The notes beneath the pieces were generated by a model, which made no database searches, was not told the origin of the DNA, and worked only from the letters and a program-made list of their open reading frames with translations. The position numbers were made by a program, and so were the translations under genes. Shown here one piece after another: positions 1-9,400 of a stretch of 64,000 bases of DNA (position 1 is the stretch's first letter; the number at the start of each line of letters is the position of its first letter). The stretch comes from Dehalococcoidia bacterium (GTDB lineage Bacteria; Chloroflexota; Dehalococcoidia; Bin125), in contig OZ244861.1 of assembly GCA_965221065.1 (NCBI GenBank), positions 2,952,280-3,016,279 on the forward strand, read 5' to 3'.

Positions 1-647
1 GGATCGATCGGGTGCCAGATGGCGGCAACGTGTTTGAGGCCCCTTTCACTTGCGATCCCGTGGGCGTGTAGGGCGAGCGCGACCTCAACGCAGTTCGAAG
101 AGCGGTATCCGCCAAACGAGAAGGTGAAGTCCTGGGGTGTTGTCCAGTACGGCTCGTGGCCGTCCTTCCCCGTTTTGGTGAAATCTGCAACTAGGTCGAC
201 GTAGATCTTGCGTTCCCGTTCGCTGTTGATCTCGTTACGAAATATCCAATCGACATCGCGCGGTCCGTCGAGGTAAAACGGCTGCATCTCGTACTCGACG
301 TAGGACGCTACATCAGACAGGTTGGCGGGGCGCAAGTGACAAGCGCGCGTATAGATCCCCTTCCACAGGTGGCTGTTCCAGCGCTTCAGGGTGCGTGCCC
401 TCGCTCTCTGGTCGGACTGTGGACACCGAACGGCGTCAAGGAGAATCAGCACCTTGGCCGCTTCTTCATCCGCGAAATTCCCGAGCAGCGAGGCGGTCGC
501 TTCGTCGCCGTCGTTGGAAGCGCGCTGCGCAACTGCGTCAAGTCTCCGGATGTTGGAGACCAGGTGGTCAATGCCACGCGCGACATCCCGGTGGAACTGC
601 TCCGGTTTCTGGTTGCCCAGGTTTGTGATTGCGGAAGACTGCGCCAC
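1..647 (-). CDS. AbiV-family abortive infection protein (3' end runs off the window)
   Basis: Not in the ORF track. Manual minus-strand translation from GTG at 647 (GGAGG upstream) is open to position 1: MAQSSAITNL...GIDHLVSNIRRLDAVA...ATASLLGNFADEEAAKVLILLDAVRCP...SHLWKG...ERERKIYVD. The EExxK, HxxK and RxxxYVD motifs match AbiV. Confidence 0.8.
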   Translation of the reverse strand, partial: MAQSSAITNLGNQKPEQFHRDVARGIDHLVSNIRRLDAVAQRASNDGDEATASLLGNFADEEAAKVLILLDAVRCPQSDQRARARTLKRWNSHLWKGIYTRACHLRPANLSDVASYVEYEMQPFYLDGPRDVDWIFRNEINSERERKIYVDLVADFTKTGKDGHEPYWTTPQDFTFSFGGYRSSNCVEVALALHAHGIASERGLKHVAAIWHPID

Positions 648-921
648 GGCGCCCTCGCCTCCAGCCGCTTCGTTGGCCAGCTTGCACGTAAATGGCCGAC
701 ACTCGATGCGGGCCCTCTGCTGGTCTCATCGTAGACCGGCGATAGATCGGTGGTCGCCCCGCACGCCGAATCCGCATCTGGGACTCCTGATAGGGTGGCC
801 CGCAGCGCCTCCGGGCCGGGGTACGATCGCGTGCAGGCACTCTCGCCGTCTCTTGGTCCGCCAGCATCGGCACGAATGCGGCAATCCAGAGGTTCAGGGC
901 GGAGGAAAGGGCAGAGCGGGA

Positions 922-2259
922 ATGTCAGTTGAGATTGAACAGGTGATCATCGAGTACTCAGTTCGGGATGTGCTTGGAATCCTGGAACACGAGCCGGTTC
1001 AACCCGATCTCGTCGGCCAGATTACGGCTGTGCAGATTATGAACCGCGTCTCGATCGCGCATCTGTCGATCGAGCGGGCCCTGAAGTTTCTCATCACACG
1101 GGCGGGAGGAGCATGGGAGAAGGATCATCACCTGGGCGACCGACTCCGCGAGTTGATTCAGCATCAACCGAGCTCGGCAGATTTCCTGAACCACGCGTTC
1201 GACGCAGCTGTTCGGCACTACCGCTTCAACGCGAATGCAGCCAATGGAGCCCATCTCAAGTCTCTCGAGTCCTACCTCGATGTTGTCGGCTCCGACAAGG
1301 CCTTCCAGGACTTACGCTACTGGGAGCTTCGCCAATCGCCTGACGAATTGCTGCTCCGGCGACTGCAACTCGCGCTGCACATGGAACTCCTCCGCGCCGT
1401 GCGGGAGCTGCTTCGCGGACGTCCGCCGACCGACACGGTCTCGGCCAGGGTGGAACGGGCAGTGAAACAGGCCATGTTCGCTCCCCTGGTTCTGGCGTAC
1501 TCGCCAGGAAGCCCCAAGGAAGGCTCAGTCAACCTCTACTTGAAGTGGCGTAAGGGATTCGCCTCCTGGAGCGACGCGCTGGCTAACGCTGTCCAGCAGC
1601 AGTTCATGATCGGCGATGAGTTCGCGAGTGGCTTGGTCGCCAAGGCCCACCGTGAGTTGCTCGAACACTCTGATCCGGCCGTGTCATACTTCGCCGGAAG
1701 GCTGGACGTGCTGCCCAGGCAGCCGAGAGACGTTACTCCGCCGGTGGAATGGATCGGAACCCCAGTCCACCAGCGAGGTATCGTCAGCGCTCCGTCCGGA
1801 GCAGAGCTAGGAGAGATTGAGCGCAGGTGGGACGGGCTTTGGAACATTACTCCGTTCCAGAGCGGACCAGTGATAGTCACCGCCAAAGCAGCGAGTCAGA
1901 CCGACGCCCGATGCTATCTGGCGAGACTGTTCACCGCCGTTGCTGAAATGACGGTGAATGGGGAGCAGCGGTCGTTCCGGATCGTAGCGAACGACGAGAC
2001 GTTTATCGAATGGGATCAAGCGCGAGTCGGGTATGCGGACGATTCACCCAGCAGAGACGAGAATCGATTCCACGAGGTCATCTTCTGGGAAGTAGGACAT
2101 GGCCTCAAGATCGATGACCAAGTCAAGATCAGAGTGCGATCGGGATTCGAACGGCGCCTGGTTCACGTGCTAGCGGGAGTGGTCGCGAAGGTGGAGGGCC
2201 ACGTGGCTTACCTCTTCGGAAGCGCTTTGGATGAGGTCGATAAATCGGATGCCGAATAG
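922..2259 (+). CDS. HEPN-like domain protein with unknown C-terminal region (445 aa)
   Basis: Start reassigned to ATG 922 within ORF 391..2259. AHLSIERALKFLI...KDHHL...FQDLRYW follows the HEPN E-x-x-LK / H-x-L / RY pattern. Confidence 0.6.
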   Translation: MSVEIEQVIIEYSVRDVLGILEHEPVQPDLVGQITAVQIMNRVSIAHLSIERALKFLITRAGGAWEKDHHLGDRLRELIQHQPSSADFLNHAFDAAVRHYRFNANAANGAHLKSLESYLDVVGSDKAFQDLRYWELRQSPDELLLRRLQLALHMELLRAVRELLRGRPPTDTVSARVERAVKQAMFAPLVLAYSPGSPKEGSVNLYLKWRKGFASWSDALANAVQQQFMIGDEFASGLVAKAHRELLEHSDPAVSYFAGRLDVLPRQPRDVTPPVEWIGTPVHQRGIVSAPSGAELGEIERRWDGLWNITPFQSGPVIVTAKAASQTDARCYLARLFTAVAEMTVNGEQRSFRIVANDETFIEWDQARVGYADDSPSRDENRFHEVIFWEVGHGLKIDDQVKIRVRSGFERRLVHVLAGVVAKVEGHVAYLFGSALDEVDKSDAE

Positions 2260-2275
2260 GAGTGGGTCTCCGGCC

Positions 2276-2790
2276 ATAGTCGGAACCGGTGGCCGGTGTG
2301 CGCGGGGTGTGGTGTTCCTGGTGCTGTTGGCGGTTGCCGCGTGCCGGGAACGAAGCGCTGAATCCGTCGTGCAACCGTCGGGACAACAACACCACCAACA
2401 ACAAGAGGTGCCCGACCCACCTGAGTTCCCTGCGTTCTGAGTTCCGCCTGTGGACGTGGCCGGGCTTCAGACGTACGAAATCGTGGAAACGCTGATGGAG
2501 CGCTGTGGCGTTGGGTCGGCGTGCGATGATTCTCAAACGGTGGTTGTCGAACACATGGAGGCGGACGGCGCCGAGACCACGTCAGGATTCCGGAGGGACT
2601 GAACCTGAACGAGACCGTGCCCGTCGCGCTGTTGAGCGCACTCGAAGCGCATCGCCTCCCCTTTGCCGCCCAAAAGTTTCGTTGGATTGAGGAATGGCGG
2701 ATCGTCCTGTTCGCGCCGCCTCGAGGAGCCGGCAACGGCTTGGCCTTTCAACCCATAGTGAACGAGCTCACGCTCCACCGGGTCAGCGAG
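2276..2790 (+). pseudogene. Degraded lipoprotein-like gene
   Basis: ATA where a start is expected, downstream of AGGAG. Signal/lipobox-like VVFLVLLAVAAC, in-frame TGA at 2438-2440, then an apparent frameshift near 2580-2600. Confidence 0.35.
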
Positions 2791-2794
2791 CGGG

Positions 2795-3315
2795 ATCCGC
2801 CGGACGAGAGAGTCGCAACGTCGGATCGGCGTCGGCGAGCACAATTCGGCACTGACCGCCACTGTGCTGCGCGCCATCGCAGACGTACTCGGCGAACCGA
2901 TACCGGGCACCACGAGCTTGTCGAGGTTCCGGCTACCGCCGGTGTGTTCGAGGACTTCTCACAGAACAACCGGGACACGTTCGCTAGCAGCCAGCATCCG
3001 CTCGAGCTACAGAAGGATGCGGAGTTGCTGGCTCAGCGGGGACTGCGCATCGCCCTCGTCAATCCGTCGCACGGTGACCTTGTGATCGGCAGTCACGGCC
3101 TCACGGCGGGCCGAACCCTTATCGGTTGGGAGTTCTGGCTGCCGATCCTACCGTGTGTCGCAATCTCGCACTCCAACACACCGAGCGATGTGACGATCGA
3201 GGTCATGCCACGCGCGTTCGTTGAGTGGCACAACCGCACGGCACTATCGACCAGTGAACGCGTGGGGGGATGCCGTGAGGAGACGCTTCGAGTGCTCCTG
3301 CCGTCGTCGGATTAG
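2795..3315 (+). pseudogene. Frameshifted fragment resembling a DUF4238-family C-terminus
   Basis: IRRTRESQRRI in one frame, then LVIGSHG...WLPILPCVAI...VEWHNRTALSTSERVGG in another. No start or N-terminal part. Confidence 0.35.
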
Positions 3316-3732
3316 GGCATCAAACTCGCCATTGCAGGCTACAGTCGGCGGGTTTCGCGGCCCGCTTGTGTGCTCATGTAGCGAAATGGGTCAAGCGCGG
3401 CTCGAACGCGATACGGAGAGCAGGGCGACCGGAGACAGGGGACACGCGGGCCCTCAAACGTAAAGGCGACCGGCCGCTGCTTCGGACGCTGGACCCGCGG
3501 ACACACCCCCGAGAGCCACATCGGAAACGCCAAAGTACGGTCGTGACGCAGACCATGAAGTGTCGCCAGATCTCGGTGATGGGACACGCTAGCTGGTCGC
3601 GAAGGCGGATCGGGCCCAGGTTCCTGGAGTCGGTCGAGGCATATGATCGCTGCTGATCCGAGACTGCGTTCCCGACGGCCGATGGTCCGGTAGCCTTGAG
3701 GTATCTCTCCATCTATCCGACCTGGCACGTTC

Positions 3733-4863
3733 ATGGACCGAGGCCTGTACCTGTTCGATCAGGGTGTGCGAACGGAACATCGGCCCGCACACCGTGCGCA
3801 GTCCGAGTTCGACTTCATGAACCGGTCGGCGTGGCCCGCGTATGTGAACATCCGCGAAGCGCTCGAGCTATGGTTTGAGGAGTACCCAGCCAGCTCACAA
3901 GCCGATCTGCGCGCCCGTTTTCGCACGAGCAACCACAACCACCGAGCCGCGTTCTTTGAGCTCTTCCTCCATCAGCTACTGGCCCGGCTGGGGCTGTCGC
4001 CCGAGGTTCACCCGACACCCGCTTCCGGCAAGGGCCGACCGGATTTCGCGGTCACTGGCGTGAACGGCAGCAGGTGCTACGTCGAAGCGAGCGTTGTCAA
4101 CAAGCTTCGATGGGATTCGGAAGATCCGCTTGAGAACAAGATTCTCGATGCGATCGATGCCGTGGCGGAGCGCCAACCGACCCGGATCGGCGTAGCCGTG
4201 AGCGCCAGGGGGAGGCTGTATCGAAGCCACCGAAGGAGTGCAATCCAGCGGGAGGTTCGGGACTGGCTTGACGGCATCAACCCAAGCAGCCTCTCCCCCG
4301 CTGACTTCGACCAGAACCCCCGTCTACATATCCGGCGAGACGACTGGGTGGCGGAACTCACGGCATTCGGTCCATTGCCGCGGCCCAGCAAACGATTGAT
4401 TCAGGGAGGACCGACGAAGGCCGGGTTCCAAGACGAAGGCGCCTTGCTGTCAGACAGCCTCACGCGCAAAGCGAGGCGCTACGGCGCACTTGACTCTCCG
4501 CTCGTGCTGGCCGTCAACACGGGCAACGTGTTCGCTGATAGCTCGGAGGAACATGATGCGCTGATGCGAGATCGCAACGGGCTCTGGCGGTCAGGCTCAG
4601 CGGGTCGCCGTCAACCAGTTCATGGCGTGCTCTTGTTCCGCGGTCTGGTCCCGAGCAACATGCATGCCGTTGTCGCCCATCTGTACGTCAATCCACACAC
4701 GCAAGCCGGCTTGCCTGAGGAACTGCGCGGGCTCACCAGCGTCCAGTTGCGAGACGGGAAGTGGCAGTTTGAACGAGGCAATAGCTGTGGCGAACTACTC
4801 GAGCTCCCTGGACACTGGCCTGGGGAAGTCACTTCTTCCAGATGGCGCCTCGCCGAGCCATAA
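3733..4863 (+). CDS. Hypothetical protein with PD-(D/E)XK-like nuclease motif
   Basis: 376-aa ORF with FFELFL...RPDFAV...CYVEA, a restriction-endonuclease-like pattern. Confidence 0.55.
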   Translation: MDRGLYLFDQGVRTEHRPAHRAQSEFDFMNRSAWPAYVNIREALELWFEEYPASSQADLRARFRTSNHNHRAAFFELFLHQLLARLGLSPEVHPTPASGKGRPDFAVTGVNGSRCYVEASVVNKLRWDSEDPLENKILDAIDAVAERQPTRIGVAVSARGRLYRSHRRSAIQREVRDWLDGINPSSLSPADFDQNPRLHIRRDDWVAELTAFGPLPRPSKRLIQGGPTKAGFQDEGALLSDSLTRKARRYGALDSPLVLAVNTGNVFADSSEEHDALMRDRNGLWRSGSAGRRQPVHGVLLFRGLVPSNMHAVVAHLYVNPHTQAGLPEELRGLTSVQLRDGKWQFERGNSCGELLELPGHWPGEVTSSRWRLAEP

Positions 4864-5336
4864 CATGTTGCGGCAGGCAATGACGCCTCGCTGGTCGACA
4901 AGCCCCGGTGGCCCGTCCAGCCGACTGCGGAACCGCCCGCGGCTCTCGCCATTGAGGTCGTCGAGGCGGAGCCTAAGGTCGCCGTGGCGCGGAGCGGAGA
5001 CCGTGACGGCGATGCCGCCAACAGCAGTTGCTGTGCAAGTGGGCCGAGCTTGCGTTCAACGAACCCAAGCCGACCGAGTACCGCGGTCGAAGGCCATCTG
5101 CGACTTCGGGCTCGTTGTTCGACCGGGGACGAGCGGCGGGCAGGGCTCTCTGCGGTTGGTGAGCAACCAGCATAGACAGGTCCCTGCGCGCTCCGACGAC
5201 CTGCCCCCATTCACGTGCGAGTCACCTCTTACCCTGTCCATGGACGCACCGATTCGTGGGCTCATTGATCATCCTGGTCAAATCCAGTCCGACAACCGCC
5301 TATCCTGCCGTCATCGACCAGCGGAGGAGACGCCCG

Positions 5337-6170
5337 ATGCTTGACGCTCGTTTGCGCAGCGGCGGCCTCGCAATATGGCTGCTGGTACCGCTGTCGGCTG
5401 TGGTGCCCGCCGGCCTGGCCGTTCTGCACCTGGATGTGGCCGCCGAGTCCGGCGCCAGCGAGACCTATCGCGTGCGCATCGCCGCCCGCTTGACCGATGA
5501 TCAGCGTATCGAGTTCGGCCTGCAGCAGCTGGACCAGGACGACCACCCTGTGTCGCTGTTCCTTGCCGAGGCCCGCTTCTTTCCCCTATCGGTCGACCAC
5601 GAGCGCTGGCTCACCGGCGGCGAGGTCGTCTGTCCGGCCCTCACGCTCGACCAACGCGAAGGCGCGGCCGAGCAGGCCGAGGTCAGTTCGATTCGCTCGG
5701 CCAAGGTGCAGATTCGGGCGCGGATGCATCCCGAGAGGCAGCAGGTGGAGTTCGGTCTGGCCCACCAGATCCCGTACGAGCGGGGCATGGCCGACGATTA
5801 CAGCGAGGTGCTCTTGCCCGAGCGGCGCTTCTTCCCGGGCAAGATCGCACACCAGCGCTGGGTCTACTCGTCGGTGCTGGAGTTCACGATCCACTACGGC
5901 GGCGAGCAGTTGATGGGCGGCGACGCCACGATGGAGCACGCCGACGGCGGTCTGGACGCGGACCGGCCGGGTCCAGCGCCTCCGCTGCTCGAGGTCACGA
6001 TCGAGCAGTGCCTGCCGGAGTTCCATCCCGACAACACCGAGCTCGTCAGCGCGGAGTGCATTCCGCTGATGGTTGAGTACTGCCGGCCGGAACGCGCGGC
6101 GATCGAGTGCGCGCTCCTGCGCCGAGAACACGCGAGTCAGATCGCCGACCTCGAAGCGAATGAACCCTGA
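5337..6170 (+). CDS. Exported hypothetical protein with a tandem 'AR-x-VEF...RFF...RW' module
   Basis: GGAGGA RBS before ATG 5337, N-terminal hydrophobic segment, two internal repeats (RIAARLTDDQRIEFGL...RFFP...RW and QIRARMHPERQQVEFGL...RFFP...RW), Cys-rich tail. Confidence 0.75.
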   Translation: MLDARLRSGGLAIWLLVPLSAVVPAGLAVLHLDVAAESGASETYRVRIAARLTDDQRIEFGLQQLDQDDHPVSLFLAEARFFPLSVDHERWLTGGEVVCPALTLDQREGAAEQAEVSSIRSAKVQIRARMHPERQQVEFGLAHQIPYERGMADDYSEVLLPERRFFPGKIAHQRWVYSSVLEFTIHYGGEQLMGGDATMEHADGGLDADRPGPAPPLLEVTIEQCLPEFHPDNTELVSAECIPLMVEYCRPERAAIECALLRREHASQIADLEANEP

Positions 6171-6480
6171 TCCCTCCGGCCGACGCCGCCTCAGCGCGGC
6201 GCTGCCAGCCCTCGGGGTCCGTGATTGCATCGGTCAGGCTGTCAACTTCGCCGTTGCCGTAGGCCGTGACTCTGACCAGCCCGGAGCCGGTGAGAAGCTC
6301 AAGGGCGAGGAGCGGGCCAGTAGCAGAGAGCATCAGTCCGATCGCCGCCGCAGCAGGCAGGAGGTGAGGCCGAGCAAACACCATCGGGCGGGACCGCGCC
6401 CGCCGGACTGCGAGTGGTCGAGGGCGCACCCGCCTCCGCGATCTGCAAATGCGAGCGTTCGCGCTGAATGTAGTCCAGGT

Positions 6481-9400
6481 TCACCCCTGGTCGGACATCA
6501 GGCCGCCCTCGGTGCCCGCGGCGTCGCCCTCACCCGGCGCGGGAGGCTTGAGGATATCCTCTTGCGCCGTGCCCGACTGGGCGCCGTCGCCGCGCACGCC
6601 GTCGGCCGCGCGCCGCGGGCTGAACGTGACTGTGCCTGTGTTGTGCCAGCGATCCTCGGTCGCGCCGGCGTAGTAGAAGTTGTTCGGCGTGGGGCAGAGG
6701 CGGGTGCTCGCGCCGGCCGGGCGGAAGCAGACGTCGACGTAGTACTTGCCGCCCGAGAGGACGTGCTTGACCGTGATCTGGCCCAGCAGTCGGTTCGTCT
6801 CGCTGCCCGCCGGTCCGTAGACGTTGCTGCTTGCGGCCCAGCGGTTGAGCTTCGTGACATCGGGCGTGTAGAACCGGCCGGAGGGCAGGATGCGGGCGCC
6901 GCCCTGCGGCCGGAAGGCGACCTCGACTCGGCCGGAACTGACCCGCCGCGCCTCCATCCGCCCGGTCACCGTGGGCGGCGCCTGGACGCTGACGGAGAGC
7001 GACCGAGTGGCGCTCAGCTCGGCGTGAGTGGCATCGGTCGCGACGACCGTAATCGTCTGTGTGCCGGCCGTCTGCTGGCAGGTCAGCGTGGCGGAACCGC
7101 CGGTCTGGGCGCTGCCGTCCACGGTCACGCGGTAGGCGCCGGTGCCGCCGGCGGCGGTCCAGGTCACGGTCAGCGCATCGCCGGGCTCGCAGCTGGTCGG
7201 ACTGACCGACGCGGACAGGGTCACGGGATCCGGCTTGGTCTTGATCGTGATCTGGGCCCAGCCTGATGAGCCGCCCCGATTGCTGGCCTGGACGGCGAGC
7301 GTGTAGCTGGTGTTGGGGCTGAGCTTCGTGAACTGGTGGCCGCGCGGCGGCTGGTTGGGCGGCGTGTTGCTCCCGGTCCCGATGCGTACCCGGTAGGAGG
7401 TCGCGCGGGGCGCGCCGTCCCAGCTCAAGGTCAGGCTGTCCTTGGTCGCGGTCGCTCGGAGATTGGTCGGCTTGTCGGGCACCTCCGGCAACGTCGTCTC
7501 CGTGACGCTGCGCCACGGAGACGCGCCCCAGGCGTCGCGGCTGCGCACCTGCAGGCTGTAGCTGCTGTCGGACCTGAGCCCGGTGAACTGGTAGGAAGTG
7601 GTCTTGACGAAGCCGACATCGGTATTGCCGCGCCGGAGGTCGTACTGGCTGGCGCCCGTCACAGCCTTCCAGCTCAGCCTGATTGCGTTTGTCGCGATCT
7701 GTCTGGTCGAGAGCCCACTCGGCGCCGACGGACAGACCGGCGTGCCGCTCGACTGCGCATCAGCTTGCGCGAGCGCGTCTGGAACCGGGCTCGGTGTCTC
7801 GCCGCTCAGCGAGCCGCCCTCCGCGCCCGGACCGGCGTTGGTCGCATCGGGCGTGTCGTCGAGCAGGTGCTGCGCCGACCTACCGTCGCCCGCTGACTCC
7901 TGGGCCGAGGCCGACGTGGAGCGGCTCAGCGTGATCGTGAACTCACTGCCGCTGAACCAGGTCTCCAGCTTGGCGTCGGTGCGCAGGAACCGCTGCGCCG
8001 GAGAGAGCCGCGAACCCCCACTCGCAAGGAAGCTGAGCTCCAGCCGCGAGGGACAGCGGTCGTTCTCGAGCCGCACGGAGAGCTGGCCCAGGCTGTAGCG
8101 GTGGCCCTCGATCGTGGCGCTCACGGTCTCGCTCTGCTTCCAGGCGCCGCTGATCATCGACGGCGGATTGGCGAAGCGCTTCGTGACCGAGACGTCGGTG
8201 CCGTCGGCCAGGCGCAGGCCCAGCTCGAAGCGGTTGTCCGCCAGCCGCCGCGCCCTGAGTGTGGCCTGGACCGTGCCGGGCGGCTTGGTCACGGTCAGCT
8301 TGAGCTGCTGCGTCTGCGTCAGCTTGGTATCGGCGGTGTCGGTCGCGACAACGGTCACCGTCTGGGTCCCGGCCGTGGCCTGACAGGTGACCTTGGCCGA
8401 GGCGCCGCTCTGCTTCGCGCCGTCGACCGTGACCGTGTAGGCGCCGGAACCGCCTGCGACCGTCCAGCTCACGGTGACCTGCCCGCCGGTGTCGCAACTG
8501 GTCGGCGATGCTGACGCCGTGAGTCTGAGCGGCGGTACGGTCACGGTCAGATCGAGCGTCTGCGTCTTGGTCAGCGTCGAGTCGCCCTGGTCGGTCGCGA
8601 CGACCGTGACGGTCTGCGTGCCCGACGCCGCCTGACAGGTCACCGCGGTGGAGGCACCGCTCTGCGATGTTCCGTCGACCGTGACCGTGTACGAGCCCGA
8701 GCCGCCGGCCACCGTCCAACCGACGGTCACCTGGCCGCCCGTCTCACAGCTGTTCGACGAACTGGTCAGCGTCAGGCTCAGTTGCGGGTCCTGGCCGTCA
8801 TCGTCGGCCACCGTCACCGCCGCGCTCTTGGCCGCACCCAGCTGATAGCCGGTACCGCTGAGCAGCGTGACCGTGACGACGCTGTCGTCTTCGTCGTGCT
8901 CGTCATCCGCAGTCGCGACCGACACGGTTGCCGACTTCGCAGCCTTGGCGATGGTCACTTGCGTCGCCGGCGTGCCGCTGATCATCGCGCCGCTCTCGGT
9001 CACCGAGAGCTTGACCTCAAGCGCCGTGGTCAGCGTGCGGTCGCTGGTCACGGTGAAGCTCGCGCTCCCGCCCTCGTCGACCGGCGACACGCCTGCGGCG
9101 ATCGTGATCACGGGCACGGCGGAGGCCTTGGTCTGCACCACCTTGCTGCTCCACTCCGACGCGCCCTGCCAGCTGCGGGCGCGCACCTTGAGCGTGTGGC
9201 TGGTGTCGGCGGCCAGGCCGCTGAAGTCGTACGAGGTCTTCGACGACGCGAGCTGAGTTGACGCGCCATCGCCCACAGCGACGTCGTACTCGCTGGCGGC
9301 GGCGACCTTGCCCCAGCTCAGGCGGGCGCTGCTGCTCGTCAGGTTCGACGCCGCTAGACCGGTTGGGGCGTCGGTGCAGGTCTTCACCGACTGTCGGCGC

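Noticed and set aside
391-921. N-terminal 177 aa of the 622-aa ORF
   Set aside because: Antisense to the AbiV-like gene and of non-protein-like composition; the likely start is ATG 922.
2438-2440. In-frame TGA as a second selenocysteine
   Set aside because: No redox motif context, and the gene has other lesions (lost start, frameshift).
2289-2495. AAC-rich stretch (gacaacaacaccaccaacaacaa) resembling a DGR template repeat
   Set aside because: No reverse transcriptase and no matching variable repeat seen in the window; it reads better as the QQHHQQQ linker of a decayed lipoprotein.
4864-5255. Possible gene remnant between the nuclease-like and exported genes
   Set aside because: Short coding-like patches in different frames, but no recognisable family or start.
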